In this document: positions 9,048 through 17,846 of the stretch, one piece after another
How positions within the stretch are numbered: the stretch's first letter is position 1
Layout: every line of letters starts with the position of its first letter
From: Planctopirus limnophila DSM 3776
GTDB lineage: Bacteria > Planctomycetota > Planctomycetia > Planctomycetales > Planctomycetaceae
Length of the DNA stretch: 32,000 nucleotides
Direction of reading: 5' to 3'
Assembly: GCF_000092105.1 (NCBI RefSeq)
Contig: NC_014148.1
Coordinates: 360,001 to 392,000 of the forward strand
Position numbers and translations under genes: made by a program
The notes under the pieces: model-generated
What the model was told of the DNA's origin: nothing
What the model saw: the letters and a program-made list of their open reading frames with translations, nothing else
The model's database searches: none

Positions 9048-11231
9048 ATGAACAAGCTGAGCATTGAGCTGACCAACTGCTATGGGATCAAGCACCTTAA
9101 GACGGAGTTCGACTTCGCTTCGAGTAAGTCGTCACGACCGAACGTCTTTGCGATCTACGCCCCCAACGGCGCGATGAAGTCGTCCTTCGCACAGACCTTC
9201 AAGGACATCGCGGACGGTAAAGCATCCAAGGACAGAATCTTCCCAGAAAGGGTCTGTGAAAGAACTGTCCGCGACGAAAACGGCATGGATCTGCTACCAG
9301 AAACAGTGGTTGTCGTGTCCCCATATGACAGGGACTGTGCCCACGCAGAGAAGACATCAACCCTGCTCGTAGACCATAAGCTTCGAACAGAGTACGAGCA
9401 ATTGCACTTGGAGGTGGATCGTGCAGAGACAGCATTCTTGGACGCCATGAAGGCGCAGTCGCGATCAAAAAAGGACATAAAGCGAGAAATCTCTTCCACC
9501 TTCACGAGTGATTCAAATTCCTTCCACCTCGCCCTTAGTCGAGTCAAGGATGAAGTGGTAGAGATGGCGAGTTCTCCATGGGCGGAGATTCTCTATGACG
9601 TTCTGTTTACCGACCAGGTGCTAACTCTCTTTGAGCAAGAGGCCGTTAGGAAAGACTTGCACACCTACGTCGCCAAGTACAACGACCTGCTGGCAAAGTC
9701 CACATACTTCAAGCATGGCATCTTCAACTATTACAACGCCGGACAGATTGCGAAGAGTCTGGCGGACAACGGATTCTTCAATGCAAACCACACGGTGTCG
9801 CTGAACGCCCAAGAATGCAAAGTGATTTCTAGCCAGAAGGAACTTGAAGAAGTTGTCACCAAGGAGAAGGAGGCAATCACCAACGACAAAGCTCTGAAGT
9901 CGGTATACGCCAAGATCGAGAAGGCTCTTGAAAAGAATGCTGCATGTCGCGAGTTTCAGCAGTACATCAGCGACAGGCCGGAGATTCTGCCTCGGCTTGA
10001 AAACCCCAAAAGCCTTAAGGAAGAAATCTGGAAGTCATATTTTAAAGCGAACTCAGCGCTGTACCTCGATTTGATCGAGAAGATTCAGAAGGTTGCAAAA
10101 CGCAAGAAGGAGATCCAAGAGAAGGCGAGGACTCAGCGAAGCCAATGGGAAGAGGTGATCGGCATCTTCAATAGCCGGTTCTCGGTTCCGTTTACGCTGA
10201 TTGCAGAGAACCGCGTTGAGGTCTGTCTGGGACAAGAGGGCATCCTTAAACTGGGGTTTCAGTTCAAGGACGGGGTTGACAGCGCGTCTGTTGAACGCAA
10301 CACACTGCTGGAGGTGCTTAGCACGGGTGAACGCAAGGCGTTTTACATCCTTAACATCATCTTCGAGGTGGAGGTAAGGCGAAAGGCTGGCGTTGAAACT
10401 CTATTCGTGTTTGACGACATCGCGGATTCGTTCGACTACAAGAACAAGTACGCGATCATCCAGTACATGCAAGACATCACGGATGTTCCCAGCTTCCGCC
10501 AAATTATCCTTACCCATAATTTCGACTTCTTTCGCACCCTGGAAAGCCGGTTCGTTCCCTACGCCCAATGCCGCATGGCTTTCAAGACAAGCACTGGACT
10601 TATCTTTAAGAAGGCAGAAGGCATTCAGAACGTGTTCCTCAACGACTGGAAGAAAAACTTCTTCACTGATCAAATGAAGAAGATTGGCTCCATTCCTTTC
10701 ATGCGAAACATCCTTGAGTACACGAAGGGTGACGGAGACCCGGAGTACCTGAAGTTGACTTCTCTTCTGCATTGGAAGTCAGACACCCCATCAATCACAG
10801 AGGCAGACCTTGACACCATCTTCATTACAATGTTTGCCGTTGGCATGGGAGCTTGCGGAGGTAGCACGACTCCAGTTGTTGACCTGCTGGCGTCAGAGGC
10901 CACTAAGTGTCTGTCTGCTAGCGATGGAATCAACTTCGCAAACAAGATCGTCCTTGCAATTGCCATTAGGCTCACTGCTGAAAAGTACATGATCGACAAG
11001 ATCGCTGACCAAGCATTTGTTTCATCGATCACCAAGAATCAGACACAAGCACTGGTATCAAAATTCAAGAAAACATTCCCAAATGATGTCACAACTAACG
11101 AAGTTCTGCATCGTGTATGCTTGATGACGCCGGAGAATATTCACCTGAATTCATTCATGTATGAGCCAATTCTCGATATGTCAGACGAACATCTTCGGAC
11201 GCTGTACCAAGATGTTGTCGCGCTAATTTAG
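9048..11231 (+). CDS. Orphan ABC-type/AAA_13-like ATPase with long coiled-coil insert and C-terminal effector-like domain (PrrC/RloC-like architecture)
   Basis: ATG with a GAGGG Shine-Dalgarno 8 nt upstream. There is an N-terminal P-loop-like IYAPNGAMKSSFAQTF (aa 36-51), then a ~370-aa Lys/Glu-rich helical region. The ABC signature LSTGERKAF (aa 424-432), Walker B LFVFDDIADSFD (aa 452-463) and H-loop ILTHNFDFF (aa 487-495) follow. A ~230-aa C-terminal domain ends the protein. My hand-counted G+C was 48-50%, versus 55-57% in the neighbours. Confidence 0.75.
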   Translation: MNKLSIELTNCYGIKHLKTEFDFASSKSSRPNVFAIYAPNGAMKSSFAQTFKDIADGKASKDRIFPERVCERTVRDENGMDLLPETVVVVSPYDRDCAHAEKTSTLLVDHKLRTEYEQLHLEVDRAETAFLDAMKAQSRSKKDIKREISSTFTSDSNSFHLALSRVKDEVVEMASSPWAEILYDVLFTDQVLTLFEQEAVRKDLHTYVAKYNDLLAKSTYFKHGIFNYYNAGQIAKSLADNGFFNANHTVSLNAQECKVISSQKELEEVVTKEKEAITNDKALKSVYAKIEKALEKNAACREFQQYISDRPEILPRLENPKSLKEEIWKSYFKANSALYLDLIEKIQKVAKRKKEIQEKARTQRSQWEEVIGIFNSRFSVPFTLIAENRVEVCLGQEGILKLGFQFKDGVDSASVERNTLLEVLSTGERKAFYILNIIFEVEVRRKAGVETLFVFDDIADSFDYKNKYAIIQYMQDITDVPSFRQIILTHNFDFFRTLESRFVPYAQCRMAFKTSTGLIFKKAEGIQNVFLNDWKKNFFTDQMKKIGSIPFMRNILEYTKGDGDPEYLKLTSLLHWKSDTPSITEADLDTIFITMFAVGMGACGGSTTPVVDLLASEATKCLSASDGINFANKIVLAIAIRLTAEKYMIDKIADQAFVSSITKNQTQALVSKFKKTFPNDVTTNEVLHRVCLMTPENIHLNSFMYEPILDMSDEHLRTLYQDVVALI

Positions 11232-11415
11232 CGGTGGGTGAGTTGGGCTTTACCGAATTCTTTTACATCAATTTCAGGCTGCTTTGTCAGCGGGATGATT
11301 GCAAAATGTTTCACTTCCGCGTTTGTCACCGCCACGATTGAAGGAATGCCTTCCAATTGGAGACAATCATCCGATCTCAAGACTTGGAGTCGGCAATCTC
11401 TCAGGAACATTGATC

Positions 11416-12744
11416 ATGTCGCGGCGAATTAGAATTTCGGGGGCGGAGTGTGTGTTGCCTTCTGGATTGTGGAAGGGGGATGTGTTGATTGAGGGGGGGA
11501 GGATTCTGGATCTGGATCCGCCAGCCTCTGCAAGGGCCGATGATGTGATTCAGGCCGCCGGACTCCATCTGATCCCGGGCGTGATTGATGATCAGGTGCA
11601 CTTTCGTGAGCCGGGATTAACGCATAAGGAAGATCTCGCCACCGCTTCAGCAGCCTGTGCCAAGGGGGGAGTCACCACCTTCTTTGAAATGCCGAACACC
11701 AAGCCCACAACCACCACTGTCGAGAGGCTGCACGAAAAGCTGGCCTTGGCAGCCACCAAATCGGTCGTGAACTATGCGTTCTACATCGGTGCAACGCCGA
11801 CCAATGTCGAAGAACTCAAATTGGCCCGGCGAACGCCCGGCATCAAAATCTTCATCGGTTCCAGCACTGGCGATCTGCTGGTGGATGAGCAGGCCGCCCT
11901 CGAACAGATTTTTGCCGAAACCACACTTCCCATTTGTGCCCATTGCGAAGATGAGGCGACTGTCCGTGCGAATGCCGCTCGTTTGAATGGTGGCTCGAAG
12001 GTGCAGGACCATTCGCTGATTCGTGATCACAAGGCGGCGGAGATCGCCACTCGCAGGGCACTCGATCTGGCATATCGGCACAAGCACCGCTTCCATGTGC
12101 TGCATGTTTCGACTGCGATTGAAACCGAGATTGTGGCTGATCATCGCGGGCTGATCACAGCCGAGGCCTGCCCGCATCATCTGTTCTTTAACGTGGACGA
12201 CTACGACCGTCTGGGCACGCTGATCCAGATGAACCCATCGATCAAGACGCAGGACGACGTGACGGCCCTGTGGAAGGCGCTGCGTGACGGGCGGATTCAG
12301 GTCATCGCGACAGATCATGCACCGCATACACTGGAGGAAAAGCGGCAACCGTATCCGAAGTCGCCTTCTGGTTTGCCAGCCGTCGAAAATTCGCTGGCAC
12401 TCATGCTCGATGCGGCTCATCGCGGGTTCTGCACTATCGAAGAAGTGGTGAGCTGGATGTGTGACGCCCCAGCCCGTGTGTGGGATCTCGTGGGAAAAGG
12501 ACGGATTCAGCCGGGTTATGATGCCGATCTGGTGCTGGTCGATCTCAATAAGTCACAGACCATCCGCAACGAGGACCAACTGACCAAATGCGGCTGGAGC
12601 CCCTGGGCCGGGACAACTCTGACGGGCTGGCCAGTGGTGACGCTGGTGCATGGGGAAGTCGTCTTCGCTGATGGCAAGGTGGATACCGGCCATCGAGGCA
12701 AAGAGGCGATCTTCGATCATTCGCGGGGCGGGTTTTGGGGTTAG
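11416..12744 (+). CDS. pyrC: Dihydroorotase (amidohydrolase superfamily, ~440-aa type)
   Basis: Motifs are [20 protein letters not shown] (HxH metal site), [23 protein letters not shown] and YDADLVLVD. The ORF track start at 11299 adds 39 non-conserved residues. The ATG at 11416 ([17 protein letters not shown]) fits the family N-terminus. Confidence 0.85.
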   Translation: MSRRIRISGAECVLPSGLWKGDVLIEGGRILDLDPPASARADDVIQAAGLHLIPGVIDDQVHFREPGLTHKEDLATASAACAKGGVTTFFEMPNTKPTTTTVERLHEKLALAATKSVVNYAFYIGATPTNVEELKLARRTPGIKIFIGSSTGDLLVDEQAALEQIFAETTLPICAHCEDEATVRANAARLNGGSKVQDHSLIRDHKAAEIATRRALDLAYRHKHRFHVLHVSTAIETEIVADHRGLITAEACPHHLFFNVDDYDRLGTLIQMNPSIKTQDDVTALWKALRDGRIQVIATDHAPHTLEEKRQPYPKSPSGLPAVENSLALMLDAAHRGFCTIEEVVSWMCDAPARVWDLVGKGRIQPGYDADLVLVDLNKSQTIRNEDQLTKCGWSPWAGTTLTGWPVVTLVHGEVVFADGKVDTGHRGKEAIFDHSRGGFWG

Positions 12745-12804
12745 GAGAGGAGAAACGGAAGGAGAAAAGGCAAGAAGGAGGGAAGGAAAGAAGCCGGAGG
12801 GAGG
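12743..12804. repeat. 62-nt polypurine (GA) tract, 58/62 purines on the + strand, with 9 GGA motifs
   Basis: Read directly: aggagaggagaaacggaaggagaaaaggcaagaaggagggaaggaaagaagccggagggagg. It starts inside the pyrC stop codon. Only 4 C residues interrupt it. Confidence 0.9.
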
Positions 12805-13088
12805 TTTGGTCTGGTGGGTGCCGGTGATGGAACAGTCGGAGCACTGCTGGCGAGCCAGCAGTGGCACACGGGGAATCGTTGGCAAAAGTCTGCGTTCGCA
12901 GTTGCAACGAAGAAGAGTTCGGTCAGGTTTTCTCTGGTGTTTCTCCGCGGTAAGAGCGTCAATTTTGTAGCCACAAGGCTGATGTTTTTGGTGAGATCCA
13001 TGCATAGGATAAACCATCGAGGAGAGTTCGCCGATGGTCGCCGCGAGGCTGGCCGGCCTCTGTTAATGATCTGGATAAGGGACGTGGC

Positions 13089-13793
13089 ATGACCGCAGAA
13101 GAAATCGTGGCACAACTCCAAAAGCTGGGAAGCGAAGGGACGGCCAAGGTTCTCCGTAAACATGGTGCTCATGATCCTTGTCTTGGGGTTAAAATCGGCG
13201 ATATGAAGCCCCTGCAGAAGCAGATCAAAAAAAACTATGGGTTATCGCTGGAGCTCTACGATACCGGCATTTACGACGCTATGTATCTTGCCGGATTGAT
13301 TGCAGAGCCAGAACTGATGACCAAGAAAGACCTGACGCAATGGGTCAAGACAGCGTCCAGGCCGATCGCCAATTTCGTCGTCGGCCCGACAGCGGCTGGC
13401 AGTCCAGCGGGTTGGAACATCGCGCTGGCCTGGATCAAGTCCAGGAAGGAAATTGAGAATATCGCCGGTTGGGCCACTCTTTCTGCGATGGCCAGTATTG
13501 ACCCCGACGAAAAACTTGATCTCACGGAGTATCAACGATTGCTGGCCGAGGTCGAAAGCAAAATTCATGCGGCGAAGGATGCCGTACAGTATCAGATGAA
13601 CTCTTTTGTCATCTCGGTGGGAAGTTATCTTCGCCCCTTAACCGAAGTGGCGATCGAAACTGGAAATCGAATCGGCCGGTTGAAAGTCGACATGGGCGAC
13701 ACCGACTGCAATGTCCCGTTCGCGCCTGAATATATCCAAAAAGTGAAGGATCGCGGCAACCTGGGAAAGAAGCGCAAGTCTGCCATGTGTTGA
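13089..13793 (+). CDS. DNA alkylation repair protein (AlkD-like HEAT-repeat family, PF08713-type)
   Basis: The 234-aa sequence follows the family pattern end to end: MTAEEIVAQLQKLGSEGTAKVLRKHGA...FGVKIGDMKPL...LELYDTGIYDAMYLAGLIAEP...MNSFVISVGSY...VDMGDTDCNVP...GKKRKSAMC. Confidence 0.8.
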   Translation: MTAEEIVAQLQKLGSEGTAKVLRKHGAHDPCLGVKIGDMKPLQKQIKKNYGLSLELYDTGIYDAMYLAGLIAEPELMTKKDLTQWVKTASRPIANFVVGPTAAGSPAGWNIALAWIKSRKEIENIAGWATLSAMASIDPDEKLDLTEYQRLLAEVESKIHAAKDAVQYQMNSFVISVGSYLRPLTEVAIETGNRIGRLKVDMGDTDCNVPFAPEYIQKVKDRGNLGKKRKSAMC

Positions 13794-14002
13794 TCTCCCG
13801 GCACTTTCGGTGGGGGTTACCTATCGAGATCATCAACCTCGCCCAGCTCGCCCCTAACATCCAAGAAGCGATCCTCGACCTCGAACCAACCACCGACCAC
13901 GTCCCCCGCTTCCGCGAACGCGAAGTGCGCACCATCGCGATCGTCCCAAACTGGGAGAAGCAACGGGTGCTTTGGAAACGGCTCGTCAAGCGAACTAGCT
14001 AG
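13787..14002 (+). pseudogene. Remnant or short version of a small 'LAPxIQExIL' protein of the kind found next to recombinases in mobile elements
   Basis: The GTG-started 71-aa ORF overlaps the alkD-like stop. The sequence ...IINLAQLAPNIQEAILDLEPTTDHVPRFREREVRTIAIVPNWEKQRVLWKRL matches, from memory, the C-terminal half of small HTH proteins (LNLAPDIQE.IL.L.....I.ER.LR.I....W..QR..W). The N-terminal HTH part appears to be missing. Confidence 0.4.
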
Positions 14003-14250
14003 ACCAGTCTGTACAGTAATGAAGCTAACTGCCAGTTGACGGTCGAAGCTGGGGATTTTGAAAATCCCTCGCAATTGAAGGCATCGAAAACGCTCTATAT
14101 CGCGTGTTTCACGTTAGATCGATCCTGACCCGAGTTGGTAATTTTGGAGACAATATCCTCACTACGAGTCCGATCCGTCCAGCCGCGACCTACTGCCCCC
14201 CACGCACGCACGTCCGGTGAATTGTTTCATCAAAGAGGCGACTGACGCAT

Positions 14251-15015
14251 TTACTTGACCTTAACGGCGTTACTCGCATCCGGCTCGACCTGCCAAACTT
14301 CCTGCAAAACCTTTACCATCGCCGGGTCGTGTTGTTGCAGTTCCGCGCGATCAAAGGGGAAGAAATCATTGCGGCCAAAGTAGGCTTCCGTGGATTCCGC
14401 AAAATACTCTTGCGGGTTGGTGAGCGCGTAGGCCTTTTCTTTATTTCCGTCTTTCCGCAGCACCACTTCGTAACTGCCGCTATTACGTGCCCGCTCGAAC
14501 GCGGTTTTGATCAGGGCGTTATCGAACCCGAGCACTTGGTAGTGGTACGCGTGGGCGAGTTCATGCAGCACGATAACCGGCATCCGCTCAATCTCACGCT
14601 CGAAAATCGCCGTGGTGGTGAATTCGACGCATTGATAAAGCTCCTTCAAGCGACCTTGTTTTTCGAGCCACTCTTTGTCGGAATGATACTCAGCCTTCGG
14701 ACGAACGCCGGCGTAAGGTGGCGAGAACCAAATCGGCACCGTGCGAACGAACGCCAACGGCTCCGCAGGCAAAACGCGGATCACGATGCGAAGTTGCTCG
14801 GCGAGCAACTCCAACGCTCGCTTTGTTTTCTCAGGTTGTTCCTGTGACAATCGCTCGCTGACCCGCACGACCCAGCCCTCCACCTCGTGCGTTGTATATC
14901 CGGCAATCGGTGCGGGCAACGCGGCCCGCTCGTCGGCAACACAGCATCGCATCGACGACGCGGTTACCGATACAAATATGAGAACGGCGAGCATCCAAGG
15001 GTGATGTGAATTCAT
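14251..15015 (-). CDS. Secreted HExxH zinc metallopeptidase (MtfA / lethal-factor-like clan)
   Basis: It has a signal peptide MNSHHPWMLAVLIFVSVTASS and the motif VIVLHELAHAYHYQ (HExxH). A downstream NPQEYFAESTEAYF is the E-x-F-A-E type third-ligand region seen in the MtfA/ATLF-like gluzincins. Confidence 0.65.
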   Translation of the reverse strand: MNSHHPWMLAVLIFVSVTASSMRCCVADERAALPAPIAGYTTHEVEGWVVRVSERLSQEQPEKTKRALELLAEQLRIVIRVLPAEPLAFVRTVPIWFSPPYAGVRPKAEYHSDKEWLEKQGRLKELYQCVEFTTTAIFEREIERMPVIVLHELAHAYHYQVLGFDNALIKTAFERARNSGSYEVVLRKDGNKEKAYALTNPQEYFAESTEAYFGRNDFFPFDRAELQQHDPAMVKVLQEVWQVEPDASNAVKVK

Positions 15016-15270
15016 GATGATACCTGATGTTCAAGCAAAGAAGTGATCTGCCTCCTTATAATAATGCAGCGATCAAAACACTGCGAGGATTCGCCTCGCT
15101 TGTTGGGTTTTGTCCGTTAACGAGGCCGGCCGCCTCGGGCTTGCCGATTGCAAGCAGTATTTTCAGACGAGTTATATGGCCAACGGGTTAGGGCGTTACG
15201 AAGCCAGAGAACACAGAGAGCACAGGGTAATGCAACCGGTACCTCTGTGTGCCTCTGAGACGGGGAACGA

Positions 15271-16287
15271 CTACAAGAGTCGGCCTTTCATCCAAGGTGC
15301 TGAATTCAGAAAGTTGGCAATCGCGCTGCCGGGAGGGACGACTTGATCGCACTCACAGCGCATCGCCTCGCTCAAACTCATCTTCATGACGGGTAGAACA
15401 TCCTCTAGCTGGGCTAAAGTTCGGGGGCCGCAAAGTGGAGCCGTGACGCCAGGCTGATCTTTGACCCATAGCAATGCCAAGTGGGCAGGACTGATATCGA
15501 AGTCTCGCGCCACCCTCACAAACTGCTGGCCGGCGTCGGCCGCTCGATGAGTGATCCGCTCAGCATAAATCCCGCCGCGTCCGAATCGTGGCGTGTCAAA
15601 CGACTCCGGTTTGCTGCTGTCGTAGCGGCCTGTTAGCAGTCCCATCGCCAAAGGAGACCAAACAAATACCGCCAGTCCTGCGGCGCTCGCGGCCGGAAGG
15701 ATTTCATTTTCAACACGTCGGTCCAGCAGATTGTAAGGCAACTGCTCAGAAACCATGCGAATCAGACCTCGGTAATCGGCAAGCATGGAAGATTCAGTGA
15801 TCTTCCATGACGGAGACGTTGTGGAGCCGGCATAGCGGATCTTGCCTTGGCGCTGTAAATCCGTCAGCGCGCCAAGTGTCTCTTCCAAGGGCGTTTGCAT
15901 ACAAACGCGGTGCGTTTGATATAGGTCGATGTAATCGGTTTGCAGACGACGTAGTGAATCTTCACAAGCCTTGATGAGGTGCTTTCGGGAATTGCCTCGA
16001 TCGTTGATTCCTTTGTTACCGACTGGGTAGTACGCCTTGGTCGCAAGAATCACATCGTCTCGTCGGCCGTTTTCCTTCAAACAACGACCGATGATTTCTT
16101 CGCTCTGACCGTTGGCATATCCATTGGCGGTATCGATCAGATTGATGCCATTATCAATCGCACAGTTGATGATGCTGGACGACTCTTCAGCCGATGTCGG
16201 ATTCGCAAAATTGTCGCATCCCAAACAAATCGGTGAAACGTACAGTCCCGTGCGTCCCAAGGGACGGTAAAAACTATGGTCTAGCAT
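15271..16287 (-). CDS. Aldo/keto reductase family oxidoreductase
   Basis: Family-typical sequence: YRPLGRTGLYVSPICLGCDNF...INLIDTANGYANGQSEEIIGRCL...DYIDLYQTHR...GKIRYAGSTT...QLPYNLLDR. The ATG overlaps the upstream SDR stop (ATGCTAG, 16281-16287). Confidence 0.9.
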   Translation of the reverse strand: MLDHSFYRPLGRTGLYVSPICLGCDNFANPTSAEESSSIINCAIDNGINLIDTANGYANGQSEEIIGRCLKENGRRDDVILATKAYYPVGNKGINDRGNSRKHLIKACEDSLRRLQTDYIDLYQTHRVCMQTPLEETLGALTDLQRQGKIRYAGSTTSPSWKITESSMLADYRGLIRMVSEQLPYNLLDRRVENEILPAASAAGLAVFVWSPLAMGLLTGRYDSSKPESFDTPRFGRGGIYAERITHRAADAGQQFVRVARDFDISPAHLALLWVKDQPGVTAPLCGPRTLAQLEDVLPVMKMSLSEAMRCECDQVVPPGSAIANFLNSAPWMKGRLL

Positions 16288-17036
16288 GCCGTGTAACCTC
16301 CATCGACGGTAATAGAGCTTCCCTGCATGTAGCTTGAAGCATCGGAGAGAAGGAAGAGTGCGGCCGCTACGATCTCATGCGGATCGGCAAGACGTTTCTC
16401 CGGGATGGTGGCAGCGATCTGCTTGAGCTTTTCGTCGATTTCCTGCTGCGTCAGCGAACGGCCTCGCTCCGAGGCGAGCATGGGCGTATTGGTTTCGCCC
16501 GGGCGAATTTCATTCACGCGAACGCCACTGCCAGCCAAGTCGAGCGCTGCGCTGCGTGTAATTTGGCTGACGGCCCCTTTCGAGGCACAGTAGGCCAACA
16601 CGCCGGCAGCACCAACGTCACTCCAAATCGAGCTGACGTTCACAATCGAGCCGAACCCCTGCTTCTTCATCACACGAGCGGCGGCGCGGCAAAGATAGAA
16701 GCAACCCTTGACGTTGACATTCATGACGAAGTCGAACTCCTCATCCGTGCAGTCAACAATTCCGGTGCGTTTGAGGACCCCAGCGAAATTAACGATTCCG
16801 TCAAGTCTTCCCCGCTCCTGAACAACGCGTGTCACCAGCGCATCGCACTCGCTCGAACAACTGATGTCGATCACACTTGGACAAGCGCCGGTCGTCTCGC
16901 AGGCCTGTTCCAAAGTCTCTTGTTGCCGGTCAGCGGCGTACACCACCGCGCCTTCATTGCACAACATCTCAGTCGCCGCGCGTCCCATGCCAGAAGCGGC
17001 TCCGGTAATGATGATGATCTTGTCTTTTAGGGTCAT
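16281..17036 (-). CDS. Short-chain dehydrogenase/reductase (classical SDR)
   Basis: It has the TGAASGMG cofactor motif (IIITGAASGMGRA), NFAG, the catalytic S...YxxxK (NVSS...YCASKGAV) and a PGETNTPM loop. Confidence 0.9.
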   Translation of the reverse strand: MTLKDKIIIITGAASGMGRAATEMLCNEGAVVYAADRQQETLEQACETTGACPSVIDISCSSECDALVTRVVQERGRLDGIVNFAGVLKRTGIVDCTDEEFDFVMNVNVKGCFYLCRAAARVMKKQGFGSIVNVSSIWSDVGAAGVLAYCASKGAVSQITRSAALDLAGSGVRVNEIRPGETNTPMLASERGRSLTQQEIDEKLKQIAATIPEKRLADPHEIVAAALFLLSDASSYMQGSSITVDGGYTAC

Positions 17037-17313
17037 AGCGATTTTGGCTCAGCTTGATGTTAGTGATGATTGATGTCGCGAACAATTTGACGGTTCTGGC
17101 AGATTGTATACGGAGCACTATAAAGCAACATACCAACAGCTTCATTGGTTACTTAGCTTGGCAACGGATAGGCAGATGTACGACACAGTTTCCGGCAACA
17201 CCCGGATATCGGCACTGTTGGAGCTGAGTGAATTTCTTTAGCTGTGCGGACCGAAGCTCTTCATCTGCTTGGGCGCAAACCGTGAAGTAAACAGTTTGCT
17301 GCAGACGCCTGGC

Positions 17314-17580
17314 TCATTGCAGGGGCAAGCCTCCGTTCTGGCTGGCTCGAATGCGAGCCTTGACCAATCTCATGAGCAGCTCTGCCTGTTCGAACTGATC
17401 CAGTTCGCGGCGTGATGCCTCGTCGAGCGAGTTGGCACGATTCAACTCAAGCAACTGTTTGGCTCGCTCGATGGTTGCTTGTGATGGGCGGAACTCGAGG
17501 ATACTGTTTTGCGACGGCGCAGAAGCAAACAGAGTTGCTACTTCGTCGAACAAGGACGATGCGGATGGTGTGGTCGACAT
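17314..17580 (-). CDS. Small hypothetical protein (88 aa), helical, antitoxin-like C-terminus
   Basis: ATG-started ORF. The C-terminal ...LDEASRRELDQFEQAELLMRLVKARIRAS resembles small helical proteins common in cyanobacteria and planctomycetes. No recognisable partner toxin ORF lies downstream. Confidence 0.45.
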   Translation of the reverse strand: MSTTPSASSLFDEVATLFASAPSQNSILEFRPSQATIERAKQLLELNRANSLDEASRRELDQFEQAELLMRLVKARIRASQNGGLPLQ

Positions 17581-17846
17581 GATGACTTCCTCGGTAGGCC
17601 AAGCGACATTTTACCCACCCAAAAGGGACATATCTCAAACTCTCTGTTTGCAGCCGCCGGCAGTACTCTCTAAAGCCCCAATTCTGTTAACCCGTTTGTC
17701 CCCGTTAACCGAGAGAGTCTGAGAGATTTCGCTATCCTGGACGGGGTGGGGATCAGGAAACGAGCGATCCTGGACGCTGACTTGGCAGGAAGAGACGAAC
17801 GGTTCGAGGCAGCGGTTAACAAGAAAGCCGCAAAACCCTAGGGTTT

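Noticed and set aside
14128-14138. The sequence acccgagttgg resembles the tRNA-Asn 3' acceptor/T-arm segment (ccccgacttgg at 17931-17941) and could be an att remnant bounding the proposed islet.
   Set aside because: Only about 10 of 11 nt match and the match does not extend further. That is too short to separate from chance without a statistical search.
17149-17313. A 54-codon open frame continues in the same frame after the TGA stop of the 88-aa gene (ARRLQQTVYFTVCAQADEELRSAQLKKF...). It could be stop-codon readthrough or a degraded toxin partner.
   Set aside because: It has no start codon and no recognisable motif. An open stretch of this length has a probability of several percent by chance at this GC content.
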